From: an uncultured Bacillota bacterium
GTDB taxonomy: Bacteria > Bacillota > Clostridia > Peptostreptococcales > Anaerovoracaceae
Assembly (NCBI GenBank): GCA_949284065.1
Contig: CASDUO010000008.1
Span: 3,938 to 67,937, forward strand
Reading direction: 5' to 3'
DNA length: 64,000 bases
The notes beneath the pieces are model-generated. The model did not search any database and had not been told where the DNA came from. It worked only from the letters and a program-made list of their open reading frames with translations. The position numbers and the translations under genes were made by a program. Of this stretch, positions 18,872 through 29,772 are shown one piece after another (position 1 is the stretch's first letter; every line of letters starts with the position of its first letter).

Positions 18872-20017
18872 ATGAACTTTCAACTGACAAAGGAACAGGA
18901 ATTTGTAAGAAAAATGGTGAGAGAGTTTGCTGAAAACGAAGTTGAACCTATTGCAGCAGACATCGATGCCGAACACAGATTTCCAGTTGAAACTGTAGAG
19001 AAAATGGGTAAATATGGACTCATGGGCGTACCGTTCCCTACAGAATACGGCGGAGCGGGCGGCGACCACATCGCCTATGCCATCACCGTAGAAGAATTAT
19101 CGAGAGTATGCGGATCGACAGGCGTTATCTGTTCCGCGCACACTTCACTTTGTTGCTGGCCCATATTCGCATGGGGCTCAGATGAGCAAAAGGCAAAATA
19201 CCTTCCGGACCTTCTTGCCGGAAAGAAACTGGGAGCATTCGGTCTCACAGAACCCAATGCCGGTACAGATGCAGGCGGACAGCAGACGAGAGCGGAAAAG
19301 GACGGAGATCAGTGGGTGCTCAACGGCGCTAAAGTGTTCATAACCAATGGCGGATATGCGGACGTTTTCATCGTTATGGCGATGACGGACAAGAAAAAGG
19401 GCACAAGAGGCGGCATAAGTGCATTCATAGTGGAAAAAGGCGACAAGGGCTTTGAAATAGGAAAGACCGAAGATAAGATGGGTATTTGTGCTTCATCCAC
19501 AACAGAGCTTATTTTCCAGGACTGCAGGATCCCCGAAGACAGATTGCTGGGTGCAGTAGGCGACGGATTCAAAGTTGCCATGTCCACTCTCGACGGCGGA
19601 CGTATAGGTATCGCATCACAGGCTCTGGGCATCGCTCAGGGAGCTTTCGACGTCACTAAAGAATACATGAAAGCAAGAAAGCAGTTTGGCAAAAAACTTT
19701 CTCAGATGGAAGCACTTCAGTTTGAGATGGCAAATATGGCAACACAGATAGAGGCTGCCAGACTTCTCATATACCAGGCAGCAGACATGAAAGACAAACA
19801 CCTGCCTTACGGACCTAAGTCAGCTATGGCTAAGCTGTTTGCGGCAGAAACAGCTATGTACGTTACGACTAAATGTGTACAGTTCCACGGCGGATACGGA
19901 TACACCAAGGATTATCCTGTAGAGAGAATGATGAGAGATGCCAAGATCACAGAGATCTACGAAGGAACATCCGAAGTGCAGAAGATCGTAATCGCAGCTG
20001 ATATCTTCAAGAAGTAA
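18872..20017 (+). CDS. acyl-CoA dehydrogenase (butyryl-CoA dehydrogenase-like)
   Basis: 381-aa ACAD with typical motifs (GLTEPNAGTD, YEGTSEVQ). Immediately followed by etfB/etfA. Confidence 0.9.
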   Translation: MNFQLTKEQEFVRKMVREFAENEVEPIAADIDAEHRFPVETVEKMGKYGLMGVPFPTEYGGAGGDHIAYAITVEELSRVCGSTGVICSAHTSLCCWPIFAWGSDEQKAKYLPDLLAGKKLGAFGLTEPNAGTDAGGQQTRAEKDGDQWVLNGAKVFITNGGYADVFIVMAMTDKKKGTRGGISAFIVEKGDKGFEIGKTEDKMGICASSTTELIFQDCRIPEDRLLGAVGDGFKVAMSTLDGGRIGIASQALGIAQGAFDVTKEYMKARKQFGKKLSQMEALQFEMANMATQIEAARLLIYQAADMKDKHLPYGPKSAMAKLFAAETAMYVTTKCVQFHGGYGYTKDYPVERMMRDAKITEIYEGTSEVQKIVIAADIFKK

Positions 20018-20037
20018 TTTAGGAGGAGGAATATACA

Positions 20038-20832
20038 ATGGCATTTAAGATTATCGTATGTGCAAAACAGGTCCCTGATACAAATGTTATAAAAATAAAT
20101 CCTAAGACGGGAACATTGATCAGAGACGGCGTGCCCAGCATCCTCAATCACGACGATGCGAACGCCTTAGAAGAAGCGTTAAAGATCAAGGATCAATACC
20201 CTGACACGCATATAACAGTGATCACCATGGGCCCTCCTCAGGCAAACGATCTGCTTATGGAGTGTATAGCCATGGGAGCTGACGAAGGTATACTGGTATC
20301 CGACAGAGCAGTAGGAGGTTCCGATACATGGGCAACATCCAATACTCTGGAAGCTGCAGTTCGTAAAGTCGGAGACTTCGACCTCATATTCGCAGGAAGA
20401 CAGGCTATAGACGGAGATACGGCTCAGGTAGGACCTCAGCTGGCAGAAAAGCTGGGACTTCCTCAGGTCACCTATGTACAGGAATTCGAGATTGCAGAAA
20501 ACATGAAGGACATCACAGTCAAGAGAGCTCTTGAAGACGGATATGAGATCATCAAGATCAAGACACCCTGCATGCTCACAGCTATCAAAGAGCTGAACAC
20601 ACCCAGATATATGACTATTGCAGGCATATATGGCGAAAAGAATATGAAGACCTGGAACGCAAAGGATATCGAAGTCGATCTTAATAAGGTCGGCTTGGAA
20701 GCTTCTCCTACAAACGTTTTCAGATCCTTTACACCTGCCCCCAAAGGCAAGGGTGTCATCCTTGAAGGTGATACAGAAAAGGATGTAGCAAAACAGTTGT
20801 TGATCGGCCTTAAAGGCAAGCACGTGATTTAA
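20038..20832 (+). CDS. etfB: electron transfer flavoprotein beta subunit
   Basis: [15 protein letters not shown] start, typical EtfB. 264 aa. Confidence 0.9.
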   Translation: MAFKIIVCAKQVPDTNVIKINPKTGTLIRDGVPSILNHDDANALEEALKIKDQYPDTHITVITMGPPQANDLLMECIAMGADEGILVSDRAVGGSDTWATSNTLEAAVRKVGDFDLIFAGRQAIDGDTAQVGPQLAEKLGLPQVTYVQEFEIAENMKDITVKRALEDGYEIIKIKTPCMLTAIKELNTPRYMTIAGIYGEKNMKTWNAKDIEVDLNKVGLEASPTNVFRSFTPAPKGKGVILEGDTEKDVAKQLLIGLKGKHVI

Positions 20833-20851
20833 TTCAGGAGGAGGAATACAA

Positions 20852-22141
20852 ATGGCAATTAAAATCATAAAAGAAAAATGTAAAGGATGTACCCTTTGTA
20901 TAAAGGCTTGCCCGTTTGATGCCCTGAAGATGGTAGACAAGGTTGCTGTGGTTGACGAAGGTAAATGTACGAACTGTAACGCCTGCGTACCCAAGTGTAA
21001 CTTCGGCGCCATCGAGGCTGCGCCTGAGGCTGAGGAAGTGGACCTTTCAGCATACAAACACGTTTGGGTATTTGCTGAGCAGAGACACGGCAAGATCATG
21101 AACGTTGCTTTGGAACTTATCGGAGAAGGCAGAAGACTGGCAAAAGAAATCAGCGACGATACTGAAGTATGTGCAGTATTGATCGGTGCTGAAGAGGATA
21201 TCGCACCTCTGGCACAGGAGTGTATCGCATACGGAGCAGACAAGGTTTATAAGATAGCTGATCCGCTGCTCAAAAACTACACCACAGACGGATACACGAA
21301 AGTCCTGGAGGACGCTATCAAAGAATATAAACCTGAGATCGTGCTCTACGGTGCAACTCACATAGGAAGAGACTTCGCACCTCGTATTGCGGCAAGATGT
21401 AACACAGGTCTCACAGCTGACTGTACTAGACTTGATGTAAGAGTAAGCAGCTACATAGAATTTGCTAAGAAGAACACTACTCTTGACACATCCACTCTTG
21501 ACCCCAATGATACCAGCACAGGTATAAAGCAGACCCGACCTGCATTCGGCGGTAACCTTATGGCTACCATCGTTTGCCCCAGGACAAGACCTCAGATGTC
21601 CACAGTACGTCCGGGAGTAATGCAGAAAAGAGAAAAGGACGAAAATGCCAAGGGCGAGATCGTCGATGTTAAGACCAACATCAGCAAAGATGATATCCAT
21701 ATCGAGATAGTAGATATCGTCAAGTCCGCAAAAGAACTGGTATCCCTCACAGATGCAGATATAATCTGTTCAGGCGGTCGTGGACTCGGTGATCCTTCCG
21801 GATTCGAGCTCATCAAGAAGTTTGCCGACAAGGTAGGCGGAGTAGTGGGTTCATCCCGTGCTGCAGTAGACGCAGGATGGATAGATCACTCCCACCAGGT
21901 AGGACAGACAGGAACGACGGTAAAACCTAAGATATACTTTGCCTGCGGGATATCGGGAGCTATCCAGCACCTGGCAGGAATGCAGACATCGGATATAATC
22001 GTTGCGATCAACAAAGATGCAGACGCACCTATATTCGAAGTAGCCGACTACGGCATAGTGGGGGACCTGTACAAAGTCATCCCCGAGATCATAGCCGAGT
22101 GGGACAACGCAGAAGCCCTTTATGACGCATCAACAAAATAA
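20852..22141 (+). CDS. etfA: electron transfer flavoprotein alpha subunit with N-terminal 2x[4Fe-4S] ferredoxin domain
   Basis: [12 protein letters not shown] and [12 protein letters not shown] cluster motifs in the first ~60 aa, followed by an EtfA-like sequence ([11 protein letters not shown]). Confidence 0.9.
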   Translation: MAIKIIKEKCKGCTLCIKACPFDALKMVDKVAVVDEGKCTNCNACVPKCNFGAIEAAPEAEEVDLSAYKHVWVFAEQRHGKIMNVALELIGEGRRLAKEISDDTEVCAVLIGAEEDIAPLAQECIAYGADKVYKIADPLLKNYTTDGYTKVLEDAIKEYKPEIVLYGATHIGRDFAPRIAARCNTGLTADCTRLDVRVSSYIEFAKKNTTLDTSTLDPNDTSTGIKQTRPAFGGNLMATIVCPRTRPQMSTVRPGVMQKREKDENAKGEIVDVKTNISKDDIHIEIVDIVKSAKELVSLTDADIICSGGRGLGDPSGFELIKKFADKVGGVVGSSRAAVDAGWIDHSHQVGQTGTTVKPKIYFACGISGAIQHLAGMQTSDIIVAINKDADAPIFEVADYGIVGDLYKVIPEIIAEWDNAEALYDASTK

Positions 22142-22163
22142 CGGTACTATAACAATAAAGGAG

Positions 22164-22196
22164 ACAAGGCCGCAACGAAAGTTGCGGCCTTGTTGT
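22164..22196 (+). terminator. terminator hairpin after etfA
   Basis: 13-bp stem ACAAGGCCGCAAC-GAAA-GTTGCGGCCTTGT. The T tract is weak. Confidence 0.65.
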
Positions 22197-22326
22197 AAAA
22201 TCTTATCCTGCGTCTTTATATTCCACCGAACATTGTTACAAGTTTGAATCCGTGCGATGGATGTGATAGTATAGCGGCACGATGATCATGTTATGGGATG
22301 CTAAAGGAAGAACAGGTGAGTTTTAT

Positions 22327-23238
22327 ATGGAATACATCAAAATAGTCATAGATGCAGGCAATAAGGATACGGACATCATTTCCGCAGATCTGGCTGAAAT
22401 AGGTATAGATTCAGTAGAGGTGAGGGATCCTTCGGTCATGACAGGCATAATCGAAAACCAGGATGTGTACGGTTGGGACTATGTGGATGAGGCCGCAGCG
22501 ACAGAAGGCGGCGCTGTGCCTGAAGTGATCCTCTATCTTTCTAAAGAGGAAGGACAGGACAAAATCAGGGCCATAGAAGAGCGGGGGTATATTATATCCC
22601 AAAGAGAGACGGTGGATGACAGTCAGTGGAAAGATTCGTACAAAGAACATTTCAAAGCTGCCATGCTCAACAGCAGGATAATGGTAAGACCTTCATGGGA
22701 CGGATCGGAGCCTCCCGATGGAGTGAAGATTTTAGAACTGGATCCGGGAATGGCATTCGGTACCGGAGATCATGAGACCACATCTATGTGTGCTGAACTT
22801 TTGGAAGAAGTGGGCTGCCGCGGCAAATATGTGCTTGACATAGGCACCGGATCGGGGATACTGGCTATTGCCGCCTACATGATGGGAGCGGAGAGAGTAC
22901 TGGGTATAGACATAGATCCTGAAGCTGTGAGAGTGGCGAGAGATAATGGAGAAAAGAATGCATGCCCTTCGGACAAGGTAAGGTTTTTGGAGGGAGATCT
23001 GACAGAGGGAGTGGATCTCAAGGCGGATATAGTGACGGGCAACCTTGTGGCTGAGATAGTCATGAAACTGGCGGAGGATATGGGTCCGTGTATCAAATCC
23101 GGCGGCACCTTCATATGTTCGGGCATACTTTCCGAGAAAAAGGATATGGTGACCGGCAGGCTCAGAGAGCTGGGATTCCATATAGAGGATATAAGAGAAA
23201 GAGGCGGATGGGTAGCTATAGGAGCGAGATATGAATAG
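22327..23238 (+). CDS. prmA: ribosomal protein L11 methyltransferase
   Basis: LDPGMAFGTGDHETT and SAM motif VLDIGTGSGILAIAA. Start chosen at MEYIKIV (22327). Confidence 0.9.
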   Translation: MEYIKIVIDAGNKDTDIISADLAEIGIDSVEVRDPSVMTGIIENQDVYGWDYVDEAAATEGGAVPEVILYLSKEEGQDKIRAIEERGYIISQRETVDDSQWKDSYKEHFKAAMLNSRIMVRPSWDGSEPPDGVKILELDPGMAFGTGDHETTSMCAELLEEVGCRGKYVLDIGTGSGILAIAAYMMGAERVLGIDIDPEAVRVARDNGEKNACPSDKVRFLEGDLTEGVDLKADIVTGNLVAEIVMKLAEDMGPCIKSGGTFICSGILSEKKDMVTGRLRELGFHIEDIRERGGWVAIGARYE

Positions 23239-23968
23239 ATTTTTTGTAGAACCTCAGGCAGTGGGGAACAAAGTGATAACCATTGAAAACAAAGACGATG
23301 TGCATCATATAAAAACGGTACTGAGGCTGTCCTGCGGAGATGAAATAGAGATAAGCGATTCGAACGAGTGGGAATACATAGGCAGGATCAGTTATCTGGG
23401 GGACAGAGTAGAGGCGGATATACTGGATAAACAGAGATTCACGACAGAACCTTCGGTAAAAGTCACACTGTTCCAAGGGATACCCAAGCAGGGAAAGATG
23501 GATCTTACGGTGCAGAAAGCTGTGGAGCTGGGAGTGTCTCAAATAGTCCCTGTATTCATGGACAGGACCGTAGTCAAGGATAAGGGGAATTTCTGGAAAA
23601 GAGTCATAAGGTTCAGGGCCATAGCTCAGGAGGCCGCAAAACAGAGCAAGCGAGGCTTAGTCCCTGACATACGTAAGGAGTGCGAGATGTCAGAGATATA
23701 TCCGTGGCTTTCCCGGTTCGATGTGGTGATCTTCCCTTACGAGGATGAAGAAGATACGACCATAAAAGAGGTGTTGAAGAACTTTTGCGGCGGAGCAAAG
23801 GAACTGGCTCTCATGATTGGCCCTGAAGGAGGGTTCTCTCAGGATGAAGCGAAAAATATCGTAGCATTGGGAGGAAAGAGCTGTTCTTTGGGAAAGACTA
23901 TATTGAGGACGGAGACCGCCGGCATCGCAGCTTTATCTATGATCATGTATGAACTCGAGCTCGGATAA
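23231..23968 (+). CDS. rsmE: 16S rRNA (uracil1498-N3)-methyltransferase
   Basis: MNRFFV start, PUA-like N-terminal part, SPOUT C-terminal part (IGPEGGFS...ILRTETA). Confidence 0.9.
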   Translation: MNRFFVEPQAVGNKVITIENKDDVHHIKTVLRLSCGDEIEISDSNEWEYIGRISYLGDRVEADILDKQRFTTEPSVKVTLFQGIPKQGKMDLTVQKAVELGVSQIVPVFMDRTVVKDKGNFWKRVIRFRAIAQEAAKQSKRGLVPDIRKECEMSEIYPWLSRFDVVIFPYEDEEDTTIKEVLKNFCGGAKELALMIGPEGGFSQDEAKNIVALGGKSCSLGKTILRTETAGIAALSMIMYELELG

Positions 23969-24553
23969 AAAACGGTCCATGGGGAATCCGATCACATTGT
24001 CCGTATCCCCTTCTACACGGGAGACATATTTTTTGCAGTGCCCCTGGATGGCATAGGCGCCGGCCTTGTCGTAGGGTTCTGGAGTTTTTACGTAACTGGA
24101 AAGATCGTCGAGAGAAAAATCCCGGAAATACACTTTCGTGGTCTCATAAAAACAACGTATGTATCCCATCTGCGGGACAGCCAGAGTGACACCTGTTATC
24201 ACATGGTGATGATGGCCCCGAAGGGCGAGGAGCATATCATAGGCCTGCTTTTCGTTCTCGGGTTTTTCCATGACAGATCCGGGCCATCTGTCTGTTGCAA
24301 CTATGGTGTCGGCCGATACTATGAGTGTGCATGAGGTATCGGCAGAGCGGTCTTCATATAAGATTTTTTTTGCCGCGGGATCCTCTGCCACAGTAAGAGC
24401 TTTTTTCAGAGACAAGAAAACTGCCCGGGTATGTGGTCCCATAGGAAAAGGGAGATTTTCATCGGCATGGGAAGGAATAACGAGGGCATCGAAACCTTCG
24501 CGGCGGAACATTTCGCTTCTGCGGGGAGAAGCCGAGGCGAGTATTATCTTCAT
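23933..24553 (-). CDS. maf: Maf-like nucleoside triphosphate pyrophosphatase
   Basis: MKIILASASPRR start and AGAYAIQG motif. The ORF-track start at 24643 would overlap the upstream PBP gene. Confidence 0.85.
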   Translation of the reverse strand: MKIILASASPRRSEMFRREGFDALVIPSHADENLPFPMGPHTRAVFLSLKKALTVAEDPAAKKILYEDRSADTSCTLIVSADTIVATDRWPGSVMEKPENEKQAYDMLLALRGHHHHVITGVTLAVPQMGYIRCFYETTKVYFRDFSLDDLSSYVKTPEPYDKAGAYAIQGHCKKYVSRVEGDTDNVIGFPMDRFLSELEFIHDHR

Positions 24554-24572
24554 ATCACTGTAAACGTCCATA

Positions 24573-27449
24573 TCAAGTAGTGGGTGTCGGGGTAACCGGT
24601 TCCTCAGGCTCTTCGGGATCCACAACAGGTTCCTCGGGATCATCCTCTTCCGGTTTTATCCACGGATCCTCAGGATCGCCCTGCTCTGTAGGATATTTCT
24701 CCGTATCCTGATTGTGTATGGGACAGTAGTACTGAGTCCTGGGATCAGAGGCTTCTACGGACTCCTCAACGACGCTGGTACACCAGGGGGTGGCCAGGTA
24801 ACCGCTTTCTGTACAGAATGTACCATCTATCGTTTCCTCTTCGCTTTTGAAGACGACGCCTTCTTCGGTGCCGGAGATAAAGTACTCCCCATTCACATTG
24901 ATGACAGATGAAGGTTGAGACGGCAGGGAACCGTCCATGCCGTAAGTGGCCTCTCTCATTATGGACGCCCATAAAGCAGCGGCAGATGAGGAGCCCTCGG
25001 TAAGTTCGATGTTGAAATCGTTGCCTATCCACAATGCAGCGGAGTATTGAGGTGTGAAACCGCAGAACCAGACGTCGAACTGATCGTTGGTAGTACCTGT
25101 TTTGCCGGCGGTGACTTGAGTTCCCACAGCGCCTGCAGAAGCTATGCCTTCCGTGACTGTGGTCCGCAGGATATCAGACATTATGAAGGCTACGCCGTCG
25201 CTCATGACCTCTTTGGTATCAGGTTTCGATGTGAGGAGTTCCTTATCTGTCCTGTCCAGTACAGATGTGTATACGACAGGTTCGGTATATACACCTTCAT
25301 TGGGGAATGTGCCATATGCGGCAGACATTTCCAAAGGTGATATCCCCTCAGTCATGCCGCCGAGGGCCAGGGCTGCGGGGTTGAGATCGTTGGTCGATTC
25401 CGAGCTGTCGTCTGCTACAGTGCTTATGCCGAAATTTTTGAGCTGCTCCACTATGGCTTCATCCCCAAGCTGTTGATAGACACGTACTGCATTTACATTG
25501 ACCGACTGTTCTACAGATTCCCTCAGGGTCATTTGTCCCCTGTAATCGTTATACCAGTTGCTGGGCCACACCTCACCGTTCATCACCATGGGCGCATCGT
25601 TTATCAGACTGGCAGCGGTCCAATAAGATCCGTAGCCTTCCGTCATCTGATCGTTGCCATAGTCGATGAAGTCCATAGGGGCGCCGCTTTCCGCAGCATC
25701 GGCTCCTTGTTGGAGAGCGGTGGAATAAATGGATAGAGGCTTTATGGATGAACCGGGCTGCTGGGGAGTGGTGGCTCTGTTGTACAGATTCTGGCCCATG
25801 GTGTCTCTACCGCCTATCATAGCTTTTATGTGTCCGTTGGTATAGTCTGAGATGACCATGGCACCTTGAGGTTGACGGACCATCTGTTTGAGTGTGTAGG
25901 CGCCACGCTTCACTGAATACGTATCGCCTTCAACTGAAAAGAAGTCGGGGTAGTCGTCAAAAAAGCTTGCATCTATAATAAGGTCACCGTTGTCCCCAAG
26001 GGTCTTGTAGGCCGCAGGTACCAGTATGGTACCGCCTTCGATGCTGTAAAAACTGCCGTCGCTTTCTATTATGTACATGGGATCGAAGTCGATGCTATAG
26101 TCTGTGACCCCGTTCACATCTGTAGTATAGAAATTGAGACGTTTATCGGCAGCGAGGATCATATTACCTTCACTGTCGAAACGGAATTCGTCATCTCTGA
26201 AGGTGAATACGTAATCCTCGTCAAAATAATCATCGTAATCGTACAGGATCACATTGCCCTCATCAGAAAGGATATTGCCGTCATCGTCATAGGATATCCC
26301 TGTCACACCGGGGAAATTGCTCATATCGCCAAAAGCGCTTTCGACGGCGTCCTGGGCGGTGCTGTCTATGGTAGTGTTTATGGTCAGGCCGCCGGCATAT
26401 ACCAGCTGCTTCGCAGCTTCCTCGCTCATATGGTCTTTCTCCATAAGGTCGTTTATCACGGTCTCCACTATATAGTCACGATAATATGAAGAGGCGCTTT
26501 GATGTTCTGTGGTGTAGAGATCCATTTTTTCCGCAAGGCTTTCCGCTTTTGCAGAATCCCTTTCCTCATCGCTGATGAATCCCTGCTCCACCATAAGATC
26601 CAGGGTGGTGTTGCGGCGGGATCCTGATACATCGCCGTTATATACCACTGTGCTGTCAGCGTTCTCATACAACACTATATTGTTCTGAAGGTCTATGGCT
26701 TCATCGGCGGCAGTGGTCCCGTCTATGGTCTTTGCCAGAGCATAGGCATCGGGGGATTTGGGAAGGGCGGCAAGAGCTGCACATTCAAGCAGGTCAAGTT
26801 CACCAGCATCTTTATTGAAGTAAGACTGGGCCGCCACCTGCACTCCGTAGGAGTTATACCCAAGGTATATGGTGTTCAGATAGGCCTCCATTATGTCCTT
26901 TTTGCTGAGAGTAGCTTCCAGCTGTATAGTGTACCACGCCTCGGAGATCTTTCGCGAGAGAGAACGGACCTGTTTTATATCCGAAAGATATACGTTCCTG
27001 GCAAGCTGCTGAGTTATGGTGCTGGTGCCGCTTATGCCGTCACCAGAAAACAGGCTCTCTTTTATGGCGCCCAGGATCCTGACGAAATTGAATCCGTTGT
27101 GTTCCCAGAAAGTCTTGTCCTCTATGGCCACCACGGCGTTTATGAGATCTTCAGGCATCTCATCATAGCTGATGTTTATCCTGTTGCCGTTTTCCATATA
27201 TATATTCGATAGTATGTTGCCCTCGTCGTCATAAAGGACGGAGCTCTCATAGAGATTGCTGTAGATATCGTCAGGGTCGATCTTTGGGGATGCCCCTATG
27301 ACTGTAGTGGAATAAAGGGCAAGGAAAAAGACGCCTGCAACGACGAGCCCGGCGAAATATTTGAGAAGCTGCCTGGAGCCGGGGAATTTTCGAGGCAGTA
27401 CATCTTTTATCGTGATAGATCTGTTGTTGTCTTCTGTCTTTACGTTCAT
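24573..27449 (-). CDS. class A penicillin-binding protein (glycosyltransferase + transpeptidase)
   Basis: GT51 motifs (EDKTFWEHNGF, TITQQLARN). Transpeptidase SSIKP and KTGTT. 958 aa with a Cys cluster and a Pro/Glu-rich C-terminal tail. Confidence 0.9.
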   Translation of the reverse strand: MNVKTEDNNRSITIKDVLPRKFPGSRQLLKYFAGLVVAGVFFLALYSTTVIGASPKIDPDDIYSNLYESSVLYDDEGNILSNIYMENGNRINISYDEMPEDLINAVVAIEDKTFWEHNGFNFVRILGAIKESLFSGDGISGTSTITQQLARNVYLSDIKQVRSLSRKISEAWYTIQLEATLSKKDIMEAYLNTIYLGYNSYGVQVAAQSYFNKDAGELDLLECAALAALPKSPDAYALAKTIDGTTAADEAIDLQNNIVLYENADSTVVYNGDVSGSRRNTTLDLMVEQGFISDEERDSAKAESLAEKMDLYTTEHQSASSYYRDYIVETVINDLMEKDHMSEEAAKQLVYAGGLTINTTIDSTAQDAVESAFGDMSNFPGVTGISYDDDGNILSDEGNVILYDYDDYFDEDYVFTFRDDEFRFDSEGNMILAADKRLNFYTTDVNGVTDYSIDFDPMYIIESDGSFYSIEGGTILVPAAYKTLGDNGDLIIDASFFDDYPDFFSVEGDTYSVKRGAYTLKQMVRQPQGAMVISDYTNGHIKAMIGGRDTMGQNLYNRATTPQQPGSSIKPLSIYSTALQQGADAAESGAPMDFIDYGNDQMTEGYGSYWTAASLINDAPMVMNGEVWPSNWYNDYRGQMTLRESVEQSVNVNAVRVYQQLGDEAIVEQLKNFGISTVADDSSESTNDLNPAALALGGMTEGISPLEMSAAYGTFPNEGVYTEPVVYTSVLDRTDKELLTSKPDTKEVMSDGVAFIMSDILRTTVTEGIASAGAVGTQVTAGKTGTTNDQFDVWFCGFTPQYSAALWIGNDFNIELTEGSSSAAALWASIMREATYGMDGSLPSQPSSVINVNGEYFISGTEEGVVFKSEEETIDGTFCTESGYLATPWCTSVVEESVEASDPRTQYYCPIHNQDTEKYPTEQGDPEDPWIKPEEDDPEEPVVDPEEPEEPVTPTPTT

Positions 27450-27661
27450 AATACAATTATACCATAAAAAGGCTCCGGCAACCTTAAATAAGGCATTTTT
27501 ATGATAAAATACAAAATAGGATCATAAAGTTAGCAGTAGTATTTTTATCGCTTCTCGCATATAATATCAAAAGTATGGTGGAAGATATAAGGTCCGCAGG
27601 CCGATGGTGATATGAAATATCATCGCCATAGGGTCAAAGGGCAGTCAAGGAGGTAATAGCG

Positions 27662-29059
27662 ATGGCAAACTTGTGGAGCGGGAGATTCGAAAAAGAGATG
27701 GACGACATAGTAAAGGAGTTCAACGCTTCTATAGGTTTCGACAGCAGGATGTACGATGAGGACATCGATGGGAGCATAGCCCACGTGACCATGTTGGGAG
27801 AGCAGGGCATAATCGATCCCGAAGAAGTGAAAAAGATAATCGCCGGATTGGAGAAGATAAGAGAGAAAATAAAAAGAGGTGAGATCGTTTTTAGCGCCGA
27901 TGATGAAGACATACATATGGGTATAGAGGCAAGGCTGACGGCAGAGATCGGAGATGCGGGCAAAAAACTCCATACGGCAAGGAGCCGCAACGACCAATGT
28001 CAGGTGGACGGGAGGATGTATCTGAAGAAGGAGATCGATGAAATCATCGATAGATTGTGCTACTTGGAGGAAGTGATATTGGATAAGGCAGAGCACTACG
28101 CAGAGGATCTTGCCATCGGTTTCACTCATGTGCAACACGCCCAGCCTGTGACCATAGGATTCATATTCATGGCATATTTTCAGATGTTCAGAAGGGACAT
28201 CGAACGTCTGAAGGATACCCGCTACAGGATGGATCTGTGCCCTTTGGGTTCATGTGCCCTGGCTGGGACCACCTTCCCCATAGACAGACAGAAAACTGCG
28301 GAGATCCTCGGATTCAGAGGACCCACCGAAAATGCCATGGACAGTGTCAGCGACAGAGATTACAGCATAGAATTCATCAGTGACAGTGCCATCTCGATGA
28401 TGCACATATCCAGATGGGCGGAGGAGTTCGTCTGGTGGAACTCGCAGGAATTCGGGTTCATAGACATAGATGACAGCTATTGTACCGGAAGCAGCATAAT
28501 GCCCCAAAAGAAGAATCCGGATATGGCAGAGCTCCTTAGGGGAAAGGTAGGCAGAGTGTATGGAGATCTGATGCAGCTACTGACCGTGATGAAAGGTACG
28601 CCCCTTGCGTATAACAAAGACTTCCAGGAGGACAAAGAAAGTCTTTTTGATGCGGTGGACACCTGGAAGACCAGTATCACGATCTTTGCCAATATGTTGA
28701 AGAACACCCGTTTCAGGACGGAAAGGATAGAGGAGCAGTTCAGCGAAGGATTCCTCAACGCTACGGATGTTGCAGAGCATTTTGCAAAACAGGGCATACC
28801 TTTCAGAGAGGCCCACGAAATAGTGGGGAAAATGGTGAAGAAATGTGAGAGCAGAGGATGCGGCCTCGAGGATCTTACGGATGAGGAACTGAAAGATGTG
28901 GACGCCAGGATAAACAGGAAACTGCTCGGAGACATAAGTATGAAAGCCTGTGTGGAGGCCCGGGGATCTTTTGGGGGGACCGCACCGACAGAGGTGAGGA
29001 GACAGATAAGGGTAGGCAGGGATTTCCTCAAAGCCATGAAAGACGATAAAGAAAGATAA
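27662..29059 (+). CDS. argH: argininosuccinate lyase
   Basis: MANLWSGRF start and the fumarate-lyase signature GSSIMPQKKNPD. Confidence 0.95.
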   Translation: MANLWSGRFEKEMDDIVKEFNASIGFDSRMYDEDIDGSIAHVTMLGEQGIIDPEEVKKIIAGLEKIREKIKRGEIVFSADDEDIHMGIEARLTAEIGDAGKKLHTARSRNDQCQVDGRMYLKKEIDEIIDRLCYLEEVILDKAEHYAEDLAIGFTHVQHAQPVTIGFIFMAYFQMFRRDIERLKDTRYRMDLCPLGSCALAGTTFPIDRQKTAEILGFRGPTENAMDSVSDRDYSIEFISDSAISMMHISRWAEEFVWWNSQEFGFIDIDDSYCTGSSIMPQKKNPDMAELLRGKVGRVYGDLMQLLTVMKGTPLAYNKDFQEDKESLFDAVDTWKTSITIFANMLKNTRFRTERIEEQFSEGFLNATDVAEHFAKQGIPFREAHEIVGKMVKKCESRGCGLEDLTDEELKDVDARINRKLLGDISMKACVEARGSFGGTAPTEVRRQIRVGRDFLKAMKDDKER

Positions 29060-29232
29060 TGATCCATATCATATATAGTGAAAGCATATCTGAAATACGG
29101 AGAACCCCTTGCAATACTTGCAGATATGTGATAATGTATCTATCGTAAAAGCGATGAAGGTTTGACTTTAGGAGTGAGCTTCGGCCCACTCCTAAAATAT
29201 TGTTTAGACGAATCCGTCTCTGAGAGGTAGGA

Positions 29233-29700
29233 ATGGCAAAATCAGGTGTAAAAGAAAAGGTAGAAGATATACTGAAAGACTTTTTCGCAGATGAGGGGTA
29301 CGAACTGTATAACTGTGAATTCGTAAAGGAAGGAGCTCACAGAGTTTTAAGGGTGTATGCGGACAGGACCGACGGACAGTATGTAGGCACCGACGACTGT
29401 GAAAAGATAAGCAGGTTCCTCAGCGAAAAATTGGACGAGGAGGACCCCATACCCCAGAATTACTACTTGGAAGTTTCTTCTCCCGGTATGGACAGAGAGT
29501 TGTTCACGGAGGAACACATGAAACGCTTTTCGGGAAGTCAGGTGGATGTGAAACTCTATAGATCCATAGGGGGACGGAAAGAGTTCACATGCCTTTTGAA
29601 AGGGGCCGATGACGGAAGAGTGATACTTGAGGACGAAGACGGAGAAATGGTCTTGGAAAGAAAAGAGATCGCTAAAATAAAACTGGCAGTTGTGTTTTAG
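29233..29700 (+). CDS. rimP: ribosome maturation factor RimP
   Basis: 155 aa, LEVSSPGMDREL motif, immediately upstream of nusA. Confidence 0.9.
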   Translation: MAKSGVKEKVEDILKDFFADEGYELYNCEFVKEGAHRVLRVYADRTDGQYVGTDDCEKISRFLSEKLDEEDPIPQNYYLEVSSPGMDRELFTEEHMKRFSGSQVDVKLYRSIGGRKEFTCLLKGADDGRVILEDEDGEMVLERKEIAKIKLAVVF

Positions 29701-29772
29701 GCAGAGTAAAAAGTAAAGAAGTACGGAAACCATCGAATGCAAAACATATTCTGAAAATGGAGGCATAAAGCA

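Noticed and set aside
23933-23968. A 36-nt convergent 3' overlap of rsmE and maf.
   Set aside because: This is real but unremarkable. Short tail-to-tail overlaps are common in compact genomes, and no structure or motif is associated with it.
27450-27661. A possible ArgR box or riboswitch in the divergent PBP1A/argH intergenic region.
   Set aside because: Only weak, bulged hairpins and AT-rich stretches are present. Nothing approaches an ARG-box palindrome or a known aptamer closely enough to report.
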